Positions 15,939 through 24,857 of a stretch of DNA of 27,802 nt are shown piece by piece. How positions within the stretch are numbered: the first letter of the stretch is position 1; the number at the start of each line of letters is the position of its first letter. The notes under the pieces are model-generated. The model made no database searches. It was not told the origin of the DNA and was given only the letters and a program-made list of their open reading frames with translations. The translations under genes were made by a program, and so were the position numbers. Source of the DNA: Candidatus Hydrogenedentota bacterium (GTDB lineage Bacteria; Hydrogenedentota; Hydrogenedentia; Hydrogenedentales; SLHB01); the NCBI GenBank assembly GCA_007136375.1, contig SLHB01000122.1, forward strand, positions 1 to 27,802, given 5' to 3'.

Positions 15939-18071
15939 CTAGCCGCCGGGCGGCGCGCTCAGGATCCGCGCTTCCCCAGGGGTCAGCGCCCGGCCAAACA
16001 CGGCGATCTCGGCGATTCGGCCTTCGAAGCCGAACGCGTTGTTTCCGTGTCCGCCGACGAAGAGGTCGCCCAAGTCCGCCGGAATGGGCGTCGACAGGCT
16101 GACGGTCAGGCCAGGTTCGGCGTCGCCGTTGAGATAAACGCGGATTCTCGAACGGCCGTGCACCAAGACCACGTGGTTCCACGTCCATCGTTCGATTGCC
16201 GCCGCGCCCACCGCCGATCCGCTGTCCGTGGAGAGCAGGAGCCGGCCGTCGCGATCAAGGCCGAGATGGACGCCCTGGCTGTCCAGGCCGTGGTTCCGTC
16301 CCCGGGAGAATAACCAGCCTGTCATCTCCCGGGTCCCGGCGGGCATGCCGTTCCAAAACCAGAGGGAGACGGAGTACTCGGCTCCCAGATCTGGAACGCG
16401 GGCGTGGACGCGGCCGCCCGCAAAGTGGGCGGCGCGGCTGTGTCCGCCGTCTCCCGCGAATGACGCGGAACGGGGTCCCGGCAAGAAGAAAACCACGCCT
16501 GGTTCGTAGATGGCGTCACGGTGGTGGCCCGACCGGTCGGCGGCCCAGGGACCGGCGAGATCGTCGAGCCGCCAGTACGCCATTGGGTCCAGCGCAAGGA
16601 TGGCCTTGGCCGCCGGGCCCATGGACGGCTCGTGAGGCCTGCGCGGTTTATCCGCGACACGCTCCAGCAAGCGCAGCGCGGCCTCCGAGATCTTGGGTTC
16701 GGCCTGCACTTCCAAGCCGGCCGTCCGGGCGGCCCAGGTGTTGTAGCCGCCAAGTACGTGCTGTTCCGGCGGCGGGATGTAGCCATCGGCGCCGTTCGCG
16801 AGGTCGAGCACCATGGTGTTCGGCAGGGGGCTTTGCAGCTTGATCTTCAGGCCCGTGAGGGCGTAGGTCTCCGTGGGCGTCGCGGCCACGCCGATTTCGC
16901 CTATGCGCGCCGCTTGCACCACCACCTCGGCGGATTGCCATTCGTGGAGCATGATCTGTTCCCGGGCGTACACCTCCTCTGTGTTTTCCGGGAGACGATC
17001 GCCCATCTCGGCCACGACACGCCGCGCCCACTCCAGGCGTTGACGGTCCGGAACGCGGTATTCCAAGGGGAGCCGCGCCTCTTCCATCGCGATGTCCGCG
17101 TCCGCTTGGTGTTCAATCGTGTCTAAGGCTGTCATGGCAATGTCGGCCAACCCTTCGGCGTATCCTTCGATGGCGGCCAACGCTGGCGGCTCGCCATCGG
17201 GATTCCGGTAGTCCCGCCGCCAGATGTCGCCGCTGCATCCGTGGGACATCATCGCCACGAAGGGCGGATGATCGCCCGGCGTCTCCGGCGCGAGCCGCGC
17301 TTGGAGGCCCTCGGCGAAGAGCCCGAAGTAGTCGGGATGCAAAGGCTGGACGCCGCCAAAGTAGTGCATCGAGAAATTGGCCAGCACCGCGATGGGCCGG
17401 CCGTCGGGCGCCGTGAAGGAGATAAGGGAAAGCTCGGGATCGATGGGTCCGGATTCGCCGGTGACATCGTCGAGATTGCTGGCCGCGTGCATGTTCGCGC
17501 GCACGGTGGGGTTGCCGAAGGGGTCGTCGGCGATCTGGTCTGGCCGGCGTATCCACCGGCGCACCGCTGTGTAATCGGCCGCGTTCGCCGAGGCCCAACC
17601 CACCCGCGCGGGCGCGAGGTTCGCATCCGCGTCGGCGATGGCCTGGGCGAGACGGTCTTCCAGGAAGGGGATGTAGGCTTTCTCGGGTTCGGCGCCGAGG
17701 CAACCCATGGCGGCGGGCGCGCTGTGGGTGTGTGTCGCCGCGATGAGCATATGCTCCGGCGGGATGCCAGTGGCTTCCGCCGCGCGGGCTTTCGCCCGGT
17801 CCAGGAGATCCCGGGGCATCATGCAACTGTCCGCCACGACGATGGCGATGCGGCGGTCGTCATCGGCCACAACGATGGCCCTGGCCTTCAGGGGCATGGC
17901 CGCCCCCTCCGCCTCGTTGGCGAGCATGCCGCCGTTCACGGAAACAGGAAAGGTTTCGGGGGTGATGTCCACGGCGGCCGCGCCGGCCTGCAACTCTCCG
18001 TGGGCGGCCATGGACGCAAACAGCGCGCAAGCAAAGAACAGAATTGGGGTCGCGTGTGTCCGTGTGTTCAT
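15939..18071 (-). CDS. Secreted neutral/alkaline ceramidase-like hydrolase with a C-terminal LamG/concanavalin A-like domain
   Basis: Signal peptide; AGAAAVDITP, LKARAIV, IAATHTHSAP, NFSMHY, GCSGD, LANGADGYIP; LamG-type AYWRLDD, YSVSLWF, WNHVVLV, RVYLNG, GRIAEIAVFGRALT. Confidence 0.85.
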   Translation of the reverse strand: MNTRTHATPILFFACALFASMAAHGELQAGAAAVDITPETFPVSVNGGMLANEAEGAAMPLKARAIVVADDDRRIAIVVADSCMMPRDLLDRAKARAAEATGIPPEHMLIAATHTHSAPAAMGCLGAEPEKAYIPFLEDRLAQAIADADANLAPARVGWASANAADYTAVRRWIRRPDQIADDPFGNPTVRANMHAASNLDDVTGESGPIDPELSLISFTAPDGRPIAVLANFSMHYFGGVQPLHPDYFGLFAEGLQARLAPETPGDHPPFVAMMSHGCSGDIWRRDYRNPDGEPPALAAIEGYAEGLADIAMTALDTIEHQADADIAMEEARLPLEYRVPDRQRLEWARRVVAEMGDRLPENTEEVYAREQIMLHEWQSAEVVVQAARIGEIGVAATPTETYALTGLKIKLQSPLPNTMVLDLANGADGYIPPPEQHVLGGYNTWAARTAGLEVQAEPKISEAALRLLERVADKPRRPHEPSMGPAAKAILALDPMAYWRLDDLAGPWAADRSGHHRDAIYEPGVVFFLPGPRSASFAGDGGHSRAAHFAGGRVHARVPDLGAEYSVSLWFWNGMPAGTREMTGWLFSRGRNHGLDSQGVHLGLDRDGRLLLSTDSGSAVGAAAIERWTWNHVVLVHGRSRIRVYLNGDAEPGLTVSLSTPIPADLGDLFVGGHGNNAFGFEGRIAEIAVFGRALTPGEARILSAPPGG

Positions 18072-18185
18072 GGAAGATACTCCCGCGCGCGTTGGCGATG
18101 GGGATCGCCCGAAACGGAAACGCGCCGACGCCGCGGGGCGTCCGCGACACCGGCGCGCGGTTCATGAATGGTTCGGCGGCCCTAT

Positions 18186-19646
18186 CTAATCCACGACTTC
18201 GACAAGGGCCACATACGAGCCGTTGCCGCTAGGCGTCAGATTGATGACGCGCCGGGGGCCCCACCAGTGGTCCATCTCCTGGTCCCAGTCCGGCTCGATG
18301 ATCTCTTCATCGGACCAGTTTCCCGCCGCCACGTCGAGCCAGCGCACCGAGAAGGCGTCCGCGTACACCCACGGATTGAGGAACACGGTGGCGCGGCCGG
18401 AGGGAAAATAGACGGCGTAGGCCTCGCCGGGTATGGCCAGGCAGTAGTCCGCGTCGATGGAGTGGCTGTCCATTTCTACTTCGAAATAGGGCGACGCCCG
18501 GAAGATGTCGAAAGCGTCCAGAAAAGCTGAGACGGAGCGAAGGGTCTCCTCCGCGCGGTCCGACAGGCCGATACCCCACCCCCAACCGTTCCGCGGCGCC
18601 GGGCGGTGGAAACGGCTGGACGCGGCGCCGGCGAAGATGTTGCGCCAGAATCGCTCCACCGCCTCTTTTTCGGTCCCCGCCGCCACGTTTCCGCCCACGC
18701 CCTCCCCGTAGACCTTCTCGTTGTTCATAGGCATGGGCCCGTTGGGATGGGCGGCAATGATGTTGCGCCAACGGATCATGTTTTCGTAGTGGTTTCGCCC
18801 CACGGCGCCCAGGGCGTCCTGATTGTTCTGCGAGGTCTCGGCAAAGGAGTAGAGGTCGGGACGGGTCAACGCCTGATAAACCGAAGTCATCGGTGAGAAG
18901 CGCATGGTCGTCACGTGGATTTCCCGGTCCCGCTCCGCCGCGGCGTCATGGAGGTATTCCGCCCAATAGTCGTCCCATTCCCGGGCGTGGGCGCTCTCGT
19001 TGTTCACGTTGTACAGAATGTGATCGTACTCAAGCGTAACCGACATCAACTCGTCGATGTAGCGGTGTTGCACCGCAAGCACGGGCTCGTTTCCGTTTTG
19101 GATGGAGCCGCCGTAGTAGTCGTCCATGTGGGTGATGGCGTCGTCTTCGAGGTTCACGTTGTTGGCGGGGTTCAGCGGATGCACCTCGAAGCGGCCGTAC
19201 CATGTCGCCAAATCGTAGCGGTCCCACAGGGTGAGCTGGACGATGATCCCCCGTTCGGCCGTCTCGTCGAGGAAGAAGCGGAGCCGGTCCCAGTATTCTT
19301 CGTTCCATTCGTCTAGGTCGTACAGGCCTTCCTCGACTTCCGCGTAAGCGAACACGTCCCCGTCGTTGCGGTCGGACATGGTGTTGCGGACATAGTTGCC
19401 GCCGGCGGCGGTCATGCGGTCGAGGTGCTCGGTAAGGTCGTCTCCCGTCCATTGCCAGAGGTTGTCGCGGTCGGTGGCGCCAATGAGCACCATGGGTTCG
19501 CCGTTGTACGCCCAGTAGAAGGGGTTTTCCGCGTAGGGATGAACGCCCTGCCCGTTGGGATTTCCGTCGGTGTCCGCCGCCGCGAAAAACGGACACGCCA
19601 TGGCCACTACCGCAGCCGCCGCGCCGCAAAAACACAAATGCCTCAT
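18186..19646 (-). CDS. Secreted putative glycoside hydrolase (clan-A-like TIM barrel) with a C-terminal beta domain (putative collagen-binding/DUF4038-associated type)
   Basis: Start MRHLCF (ATG 19646, RBS GGAGG); signal peptide; NPFYWAYNGEP, YDLDEWNEEYWDRLRFF...GIIVQLTLWD, acid/base-like YNVNNES, nucleophile-like MNNEKVYG, AVERFWRNIFAG.A..RFHRP; C-terminal YCLA.PGEAYAVYF...VRWLD. Confidence 0.7.
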   Translation of the reverse strand: MRHLCFCGAAAAVVAMACPFFAAADTDGNPNGQGVHPYAENPFYWAYNGEPMVLIGATDRDNLWQWTGDDLTEHLDRMTAAGGNYVRNTMSDRNDGDVFAYAEVEEGLYDLDEWNEEYWDRLRFFLDETAERGIIVQLTLWDRYDLATWYGRFEVHPLNPANNVNLEDDAITHMDDYYGGSIQNGNEPVLAVQHRYIDELMSVTLEYDHILYNVNNESAHAREWDDYWAEYLHDAAAERDREIHVTTMRFSPMTSVYQALTRPDLYSFAETSQNNQDALGAVGRNHYENMIRWRNIIAAHPNGPMPMNNEKVYGEGVGGNVAAGTEKEAVERFWRNIFAGAASSRFHRPAPRNGWGWGIGLSDRAEETLRSVSAFLDAFDIFRASPYFEVEMDSHSIDADYCLAIPGEAYAVYFPSGRATVFLNPWVYADAFSVRWLDVAAGNWSDEEIIEPDWDQEMDHWWGPRRVINLTPSGNGSYVALVEVVD

Positions 19647-19740
19647 CGAACCGTCTCCCTCCTTTTCTGGGTCTGTCCCGTCATGCTTCCACAAGCCCCA
19701 TTACATCCCATCCCGGACCGTGAATCAATGGGGCCACCGT

Positions 19741-21681
19741 CTAAGGTTTGGCTTCGCGGAGCGCCTCCAACTCGTATTCGATGCTCTGGGTCACCGGAAA
19801 ACGGAAACCCGTTTTCGGGTCCAAGTCCAGGTCCATCACCTTCATGGTTACGGGCAATTGCTCCCGCTTCCACTGGTTCTGGGCGAAAAGCGATCCGAAC
19901 CGGCCCGTCCATTCCCGCAATTGCTCCAGATCATGGTCCGGATGCCGGGGACACAGGACACGCCAACAATCGGCCAGGGACATGCGCCGCCGGCCGTAGA
20001 GATAGAGGAGGTCGTCCAGCACGGCGTAGGGCATGAGGTCCGCCTCGTCTTCTTGATCGGGCGCGAGTTCGGCGCTGGGCGGGATGGCGAGAATGTCCTG
20101 GAGGGACTTCAATCCGTCGCGGGCGGCCGCGTGCTCCAGGAGGCGGGTAACGACGGTCTTGGGCACGTTGGCGATGGGCGAGTAACCGCCTTGATTGTCG
20201 CCGCCCGTCGTGGTGTAGCCCACGGCGCTCTCGCTCAGATTGGACGTGACGAGGACAAGGCCGCCGGCGCTGTTCGCCCAGTTGAGCACCATGGCGCCGC
20301 GGATCCGCGCTTGCAGGTTCTGCCGGGCCATGGGCGCCACTTCCCCCTCGCCGCCCAGCATCTCTTCCGCTTTCTGGAGCGCCACATCCGCTTCCTCCGC
20401 GATGGACACGACGCGGAAGGGCACGCCCAGTTCCCACGCCAAGCCCCGCGCGGCGTTCTCCGTGGCGTCCGAGCTGTACGCCCGGTTGGGAAGATACACC
20501 GTGCTTACCCGTTCGGCGTAGCGCTGGGTGTCCCGCCCACCGTTCAGGGCCTTTGCCGCGCCCACGGCCAAGAGCAGGCAGAGGGCGCTGTCCCGGCCGC
20601 CAGACAGGGCGACGAGAAAGCGCTCGAAGACACCGACTTTCTCGAAGTAGTCTCGGAGACCCAGCACCAGGGCGTCCAGGATCTCGTCGAGATACGCCGC
20701 GGCCTCTCCGCCTTGCCTTGGCGCCGGCGCCTCCGTCGGCGCGGGCATGAAAAAGCTCCCGGGCATCTGCTGGACGAACGCCTCTACGGGCGCGGGAGCG
20801 TACGCGCCGTCCGAAAGGTCAATCAATTCCGTGTTGGCGTCCTCGCCGCCCCGCATGGCGTCATGGCGCCAGGTGGAGTTCTCCGCCCGGACGCGCGCGA
20901 CGTCGTCGAGGTCCACCACCGCCGTGGCGAGGGTCCAGCGCTCCTTCGAGAGGTGGGGGCCTTCCGCCACGATTCCTTCTGGCGTGGCCACAAAGCCGCC
21001 GCCGTCGAAAAGGAGCCGGCTGTTGTCGCAACCCAACAGATTGGCGTAGGCGTAGATGCAGGCGAGGTTCGCGGCGGCGCCCTGGACCATGCGCCGGCGC
21101 TGGCTGTTCTTCAGCGGCGTGAAGGGCGAGGCGCTCGCGTTGCAGATGATCTCGGCGCCCGCCTGCACGCGGCTGTGGGCGGGCGATTGCCGGGCCCATA
21201 GGTCCTCGCAGATCTCGGCGCTGACGACGCCGTAGGGCAGGCGGAAAACGAGGTCGCCCGCGGGGACGCCATGGTACTCGGTGACGCCTGCGCCCCAGGC
21301 CGCCCAGTTCCGCCCTTCGTAGAAGATGCTGTATGTGGGCAGATACTTCTTCAGCAACAGCCCCCGCACGCGTCCATCGTGGATGAAGGCGAGGGCGTTG
21401 TACATCATGGCGCGCAGGCGCACGGGCAAACCGACGAAGACGCTGATATCCCGGCACTCCTCCGCGAGGGCGTTCAACGCCTCCCAGCTCCGGTGGGTGA
21501 TGTCCGGCCAGAAAACCTTGTCTTCCAGACTGTAGCCGGATAGGCCCAACTCGGGCGTGACCAAGACATGGAGGCCCCGGCGGCGCGCTTCGTCAATGGC
21601 CTCGCGCAGGCAGGCGCTGTTCGCGGCGAAGTCGCCAACACGGGCGCTGGTGGCGGCGGTTCCGGTGCGTATCAGGCGCAT
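19741..21681 (-). CDS. nadE: Glutamine-dependent NAD(+) synthetase
   Basis: Nitrilase domain triad E(PELGLSGY)-K(KKYLP)-C(EICED); synthetase motifs SGGRDS, QNLQAR, NLSESAVGY.T, PSAEL..DQEDE, QWKREQ. Start MRLIR at 21681. Confidence 0.96.
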   Translation of the reverse strand: MRLIRTGTAATSARVGDFAANSACLREAIDEARRRGLHVLVTPELGLSGYSLEDKVFWPDITHRSWEALNALAEECRDISVFVGLPVRLRAMMYNALAFIHDGRVRGLLLKKYLPTYSIFYEGRNWAAWGAGVTEYHGVPAGDLVFRLPYGVVSAEICEDLWARQSPAHSRVQAGAEIICNASASPFTPLKNSQRRRMVQGAAANLACIYAYANLLGCDNSRLLFDGGGFVATPEGIVAEGPHLSKERWTLATAVVDLDDVARVRAENSTWRHDAMRGGEDANTELIDLSDGAYAPAPVEAFVQQMPGSFFMPAPTEAPAPRQGGEAAAYLDEILDALVLGLRDYFEKVGVFERFLVALSGGRDSALCLLLAVGAAKALNGGRDTQRYAERVSTVYLPNRAYSSDATENAARGLAWELGVPFRVVSIAEEADVALQKAEEMLGGEGEVAPMARQNLQARIRGAMVLNWANSAGGLVLVTSNLSESAVGYTTTGGDNQGGYSPIANVPKTVVTRLLEHAAARDGLKSLQDILAIPPSAELAPDQEDEADLMPYAVLDDLLYLYGRRRMSLADCWRVLCPRHPDHDLEQLREWTGRFGSLFAQNQWKREQLPVTMKVMDLDLDPKTGFRFPVTQSIEYELEALREAKP

Positions 21682-21759
21682 CGTTGCTCGTTCCTTTGGT
21701 TGGCGCGGCCGGCGGCGGGCGTCGTCCGGTGCGCGGCCGCGAATGTTCACGGCGAGGAG

Positions 21760-23235
21760 TCAGCCGGTGAGTTCGGGCGATTCCAGGAGGGCTTCCTTCA
21801 TGTCGCCGATGCGTTCGGACAAGGCGACGGCGTAGATCTCGGGATTGCGCAGGCGCTTGTATTCGTCGGGGAGGCGGGCGATCCCTTCCTGGGCGCGCTC
21901 GCGGATAGCCTCGACGGCGGGAGAATCTTGCGTGGGCTCCCCGTTATGGAACACCGGCTGCAACAGCGGCTTTCCGACTTTCGCATCGCGGATGCGGACG
22001 GGGAGGTGGGGCAATCCCCGGCGCCGGCCTGTCACGGGGCCGTGCTCTGGCCAGGCCTCGCCTTCTTCAAAGAGGACATCGGCGACGGGATGGCCATGGT
22101 CATTGTAATACCGGACGACATTCTTCCGGCCGGGGTCTGTGGCCTTCGCCATGTTCGAGGAAATCTTCATCCGTGGGCTCCAGTGCCCGTTGTGCTCCTT
22201 GGACACCAACTTGTAGACGCCGTTGAGGGCGGGGCTGTCGTACGCCGTGATGAGGTGGGTGCCCACGCCCCAGGCGTTTATCTTGGCGCCCTGCCGCTTC
22301 AGGTCGGCGATGAGGTCCTCGTCGAGGTCGTTGCTCGCCACGATGAGCGGATCCGTAAGCCCCGCGTCGGTCATCATCGCGTGGGCGCGCTTGCTCAGTT
22401 TCGCCAAGTCGCCGGAGTCCAGGCGGATGGCGGGGCGGATCTCCTGGCCCGCGTCCCGGAACTCCTTGAACACCTTGATGGCGTTGGGCACGCCGCTCTC
22501 CAGGGTGTCGTAGGTGTCCACGAGCAGGATACAGCGGCCGGGATAGATGCGGGCGAAGCGGCGGAAGGCGTCGGCCTCGCTATCGAAGCTCATGACCCAA
22601 CTGTGGGCAAGGGTTCCAGAAACCGGAATTCCGTACGCCTTGCCGGCCAGGACATTCGACGTGGAGGCGCAGCCGCCAATGTAGGCGGCGCGGGATCCGC
22701 TAATGCCCCCGTCGGGGCCGTGGGCGCGGCGCAGGCCGAACTCCAGCACGGGATCGCCGTCCGCCGCCAGGCACACCCGGGCCGCCTTCGTGGCGATGAG
22801 CGTCTGGTGGTTGATGATGTTGAGAAGCGCGGTTTCGATGAGCTGCGTTTCCGCCAATGGCCCCTCCACTTGCATAATGGGCTCGTGGGGAAAGGCAAGC
22901 GTGCCCTCCGGCATGGCGCGGACCGCGCACCGGGGCCGGAAGTCGCGGAGATAGTCGAGAAAGACGTCATCGAAGAGGCCGAGGCTCCGGAGATAGTCAA
23001 TATCGCCGGCGGCGAAACGAAGGTTGGCGAGGTAGCCCAGAAAGGGCTCGAGGCCCGCCGTGACCGCGAAGCCGGCGTGCGGCGGCAGGTCGCGAAAGAA
23101 GTACTCGAAACATACGGCGTCGCTTTCGCGCCCTTCCTTAAGGTAACCGGCCGCCATCGTCAACTGATAGAAGTCCGTGAGCAGCGCCAGACCTTCGCGG
23201 CGGAACCACGGCGCGAGCGCGCCCTCCGCGTTCAT
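21760..23235 (-). CDS. pncB: Nicotinate phosphoribosyltransferase
   Basis: LLTDFYQLTM, ETALLNIINHQT.IATKAAR, EFGLRRAHG, GTLAHSW (phospho-His), LVDTYDT, IRLDSGDL, GVGTHL, GVYKL. Start at 23235 with an ATGA overlap to pncA; the tracked ORF to 23655 is over-extended. Confidence 0.97.
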   Translation of the reverse strand: MNAEGALAPWFRREGLALLTDFYQLTMAAGYLKEGRESDAVCFEYFFRDLPPHAGFAVTAGLEPFLGYLANLRFAAGDIDYLRSLGLFDDVFLDYLRDFRPRCAVRAMPEGTLAFPHEPIMQVEGPLAETQLIETALLNIINHQTLIATKAARVCLAADGDPVLEFGLRRAHGPDGGISGSRAAYIGGCASTSNVLAGKAYGIPVSGTLAHSWVMSFDSEADAFRRFARIYPGRCILLVDTYDTLESGVPNAIKVFKEFRDAGQEIRPAIRLDSGDLAKLSKRAHAMMTDAGLTDPLIVASNDLDEDLIADLKRQGAKINAWGVGTHLITAYDSPALNGVYKLVSKEHNGHWSPRMKISSNMAKATDPGRKNVVRYYNDHGHPVADVLFEEGEAWPEHGPVTGRRRGLPHLPVRIRDAKVGKPLLQPVFHNGEPTQDSPAVEAIRERAQEGIARLPDEYKRLRNPEIYAVALSERIGDMKEALLESPELTG

Positions 23236-23807
23236 TCCAGGGCCTCCGAGGACATCAGAACCGCGCCCTCTTCGCGCATTTCCCCTAGGGTGCGCTCTCC
23301 GGCGCCGGGCGGATTGTCCACGGGCTTCGTGAGGTCTGTCAGGAGCACGGCTTGGAACCCGCCGTGGAGGGCGTCGATGACCGTGCAACGGACGCAAACG
23401 TCCTGGGCCAAGCCGCAGACGAAGACCCGCTTGACGCCGCGGTCCCGGAGCCGTTCCGCCAGGCCCGTGCCGTCCAGGGCGCTGTAGGCCTCCCGGTTCG
23501 GATCCTGGGCCTTGTCTACAATTTCGGCGTCCTCGGGCACGTCCAGATCCGGGTGGAATGCGGCGCCTTCCGTACCGGCGACGCAGTGGACGGGCCAACT
23601 CTTGTCCTCGAAGCGAGGGGTCGGCGAAAAGCTGCAATGGTCCGGCGGATGCCAATCGCGGCTATACACTTTATGCCGGAATTTCGGGTGAATCCGGTTG
23701 ATTCCAGGCACAATGACGTCGCCTTTCTGAACGGGCAACGCGCCGCCCGGGCAAAAATCGTTCTGCATATCCACGACGATGAGCGCGTCGCTGGGATCGA
23801 CTTTCAT
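23232..23807 (-). CDS. pncA: Nicotinamidase/pyrazinamidase
   Basis: VDMQNDFCPGGAL, DWHP.DH, WPVHCV, DK...EAYS, CGLAQDVCV; directly upstream of pncB. Confidence 0.96.
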   Translation of the reverse strand: MKVDPSDALIVVDMQNDFCPGGALPVQKGDVIVPGINRIHPKFRHKVYSRDWHPPDHCSFSPTPRFEDKSWPVHCVAGTEGAAFHPDLDVPEDAEIVDKAQDPNREAYSALDGTGLAERLRDRGVKRVFVCGLAQDVCVRCTVIDALHGGFQAVLLTDLTKPVDNPPGAGERTLGEMREEGAVLMSSEALE

Positions 23808-23895
23808 ACGGGAGAAGCCTCCTGTTGGAGCCAGCCGCCTCGCCGCATTCGCGCGGAAGACGGCGGCGGATCGTCATGGGGCCGCTGTGGCGCGG

Positions 23896-24546
23896 CTACA
23901 CCCGCGCCTGATGACGGGAAACAAACGTGTAGTGACCGGGCCTTCCCCAGGCGTCCGGTTCAATGATTTCCAAGTCGAGCAGTTGCGCGCGCAACGGGTC
24001 CTCGGCGATGGACGCGCCCCAAATGCGCTCATACAACTCCAGCAGCGCGTCGAAGGGAAAGGGCGACTCCAGCGCCTGCACGCCCACGCCCGCGTGGCGC
24101 GTAAGCTCTTGCAGATGGAAGCGGGCCTCGCTAACGATCGTCCCGTGATCGAAGGCCATGGGCGGCGCGGTCCAGATATCCCACCAGGCGGCCTTTGCGG
24201 CGTCGCTGCCGCCCGACACGGGATGGCGCCGGCTGTCGACGAGGGCCAAATGGACCACGCTGATGGTCCGGCCTCTGGGGTCCCGCCCCGGGGCGCCATA
24301 GGTCCGGAACTGGTCCAGCGTGACGCCCGCAACGCCAGTTTCCTCCTCTAGCTCCCGGGCCGCGGCGGCGGCGAGGTCTTCCTCCATGTCCACGAAACCG
24401 CCGGGCAAGGCCCAATGCCCCTCGAAGGGCGCCTTGCCACGCTGAATCAGCAGCACCGCCAGGCCCTGGCCATGGGGCGCGAACACCACGGTATCCACCG
24501 TGACCATCGGCCTGGGATAGTCGTAGATGTACGGTCCATCGCTCAT
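23896..24546 (-). CDS. Nudix hydrolase (ADP-ribose pyrophosphatase/NrtR-like) with a short, degenerate C-terminal wHTH
   Basis: Start MSDGPYIYDYPRPMVTVD; LLIQRG..PF.G.WALPGGF; complete Nudix box GFVDMEEDLAAAAARELEEETGV; RDPRGRTIS; AFDH; C-terminal YERIWG...GRP. Confidence 0.85.
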   Translation of the reverse strand: MSDGPYIYDYPRPMVTVDTVVFAPHGQGLAVLLIQRGKAPFEGHWALPGGFVDMEEDLAAAAARELEEETGVAGVTLDQFRTYGAPGRDPRGRTISVVHLALVDSRRHPVSGGSDAAKAAWWDIWTAPPMAFDHGTIVSEARFHLQELTRHAGVGVQALESPFPFDALLELYERIWGASIAEDPLRAQLLDLEIIEPDAWGRPGHYTFVSRHQARV

Positions 24547-24857
24547 GCGCGCCGTCCCCCCGCCATGGCCGTCCACGTGCTTCCGCGGGATGCCCCGCCG
24601 GAAACGCGCGCGCCCACTCGCCGGCTCTCGTGTCCATCTGTGCAGTTTCACACCCGCCCCCAAATCCCTGCCCTGGCGCCATCCTGACATACCCAGGCGC
24701 GCGGTTTCACCTCCGGCGGCCATGGCGCGGAGGCGTGGGCGTGGGGTATACTGCCGTGTTGGGCGCCGGGGCCCAAGTCTTCACGGAGCCGCGCGGGGCG
24801 CCCGCCCCTGGCCGCGCTCCATTCACGCCCATGCTGGGATAACCGCTGCAGGCCATA

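Noticed and set aside
19555-21201. 548-aa plus-strand ORF
   Set aside because: Antisense shadow of nadE.
21690-21745. GC-rich hairpin between pncB and nadE
   Set aside because: Imperfect and almost entirely G/C; no second copy to call it a REP element and no recognisable NAD riboswitch features.
21568-23487. 639-aa plus-strand ORF
   Set aside because: Antisense shadow of pncB/pncA. It has no recognisable motifs, and long stop-free shadow frames are expected at this GC content.
23236-23655. N-terminal extension of the pncB ORF in the track
   Set aside because: It overlaps pncA out of frame. The ATGA-coupled start at 23235 fits the family N-terminus.
24639-24652. TGTG-N6-CACA as a possible NrtR or CRP site
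   Set aside because: The spacing matches neither the CRP TGTGA-N6-TCACA site nor the GT-N7-AC core I expect for NrtR, and the flanks are not symmetric.
24561-24727. 11-bp inverted repeat CGCCATGGCCG / CGGCCATGGCG about 145 bp apart (possible MITE ends)
   Set aside because: No target-site duplication and no second copy in the window; the arms are very GC-rich, so chance is plausible.
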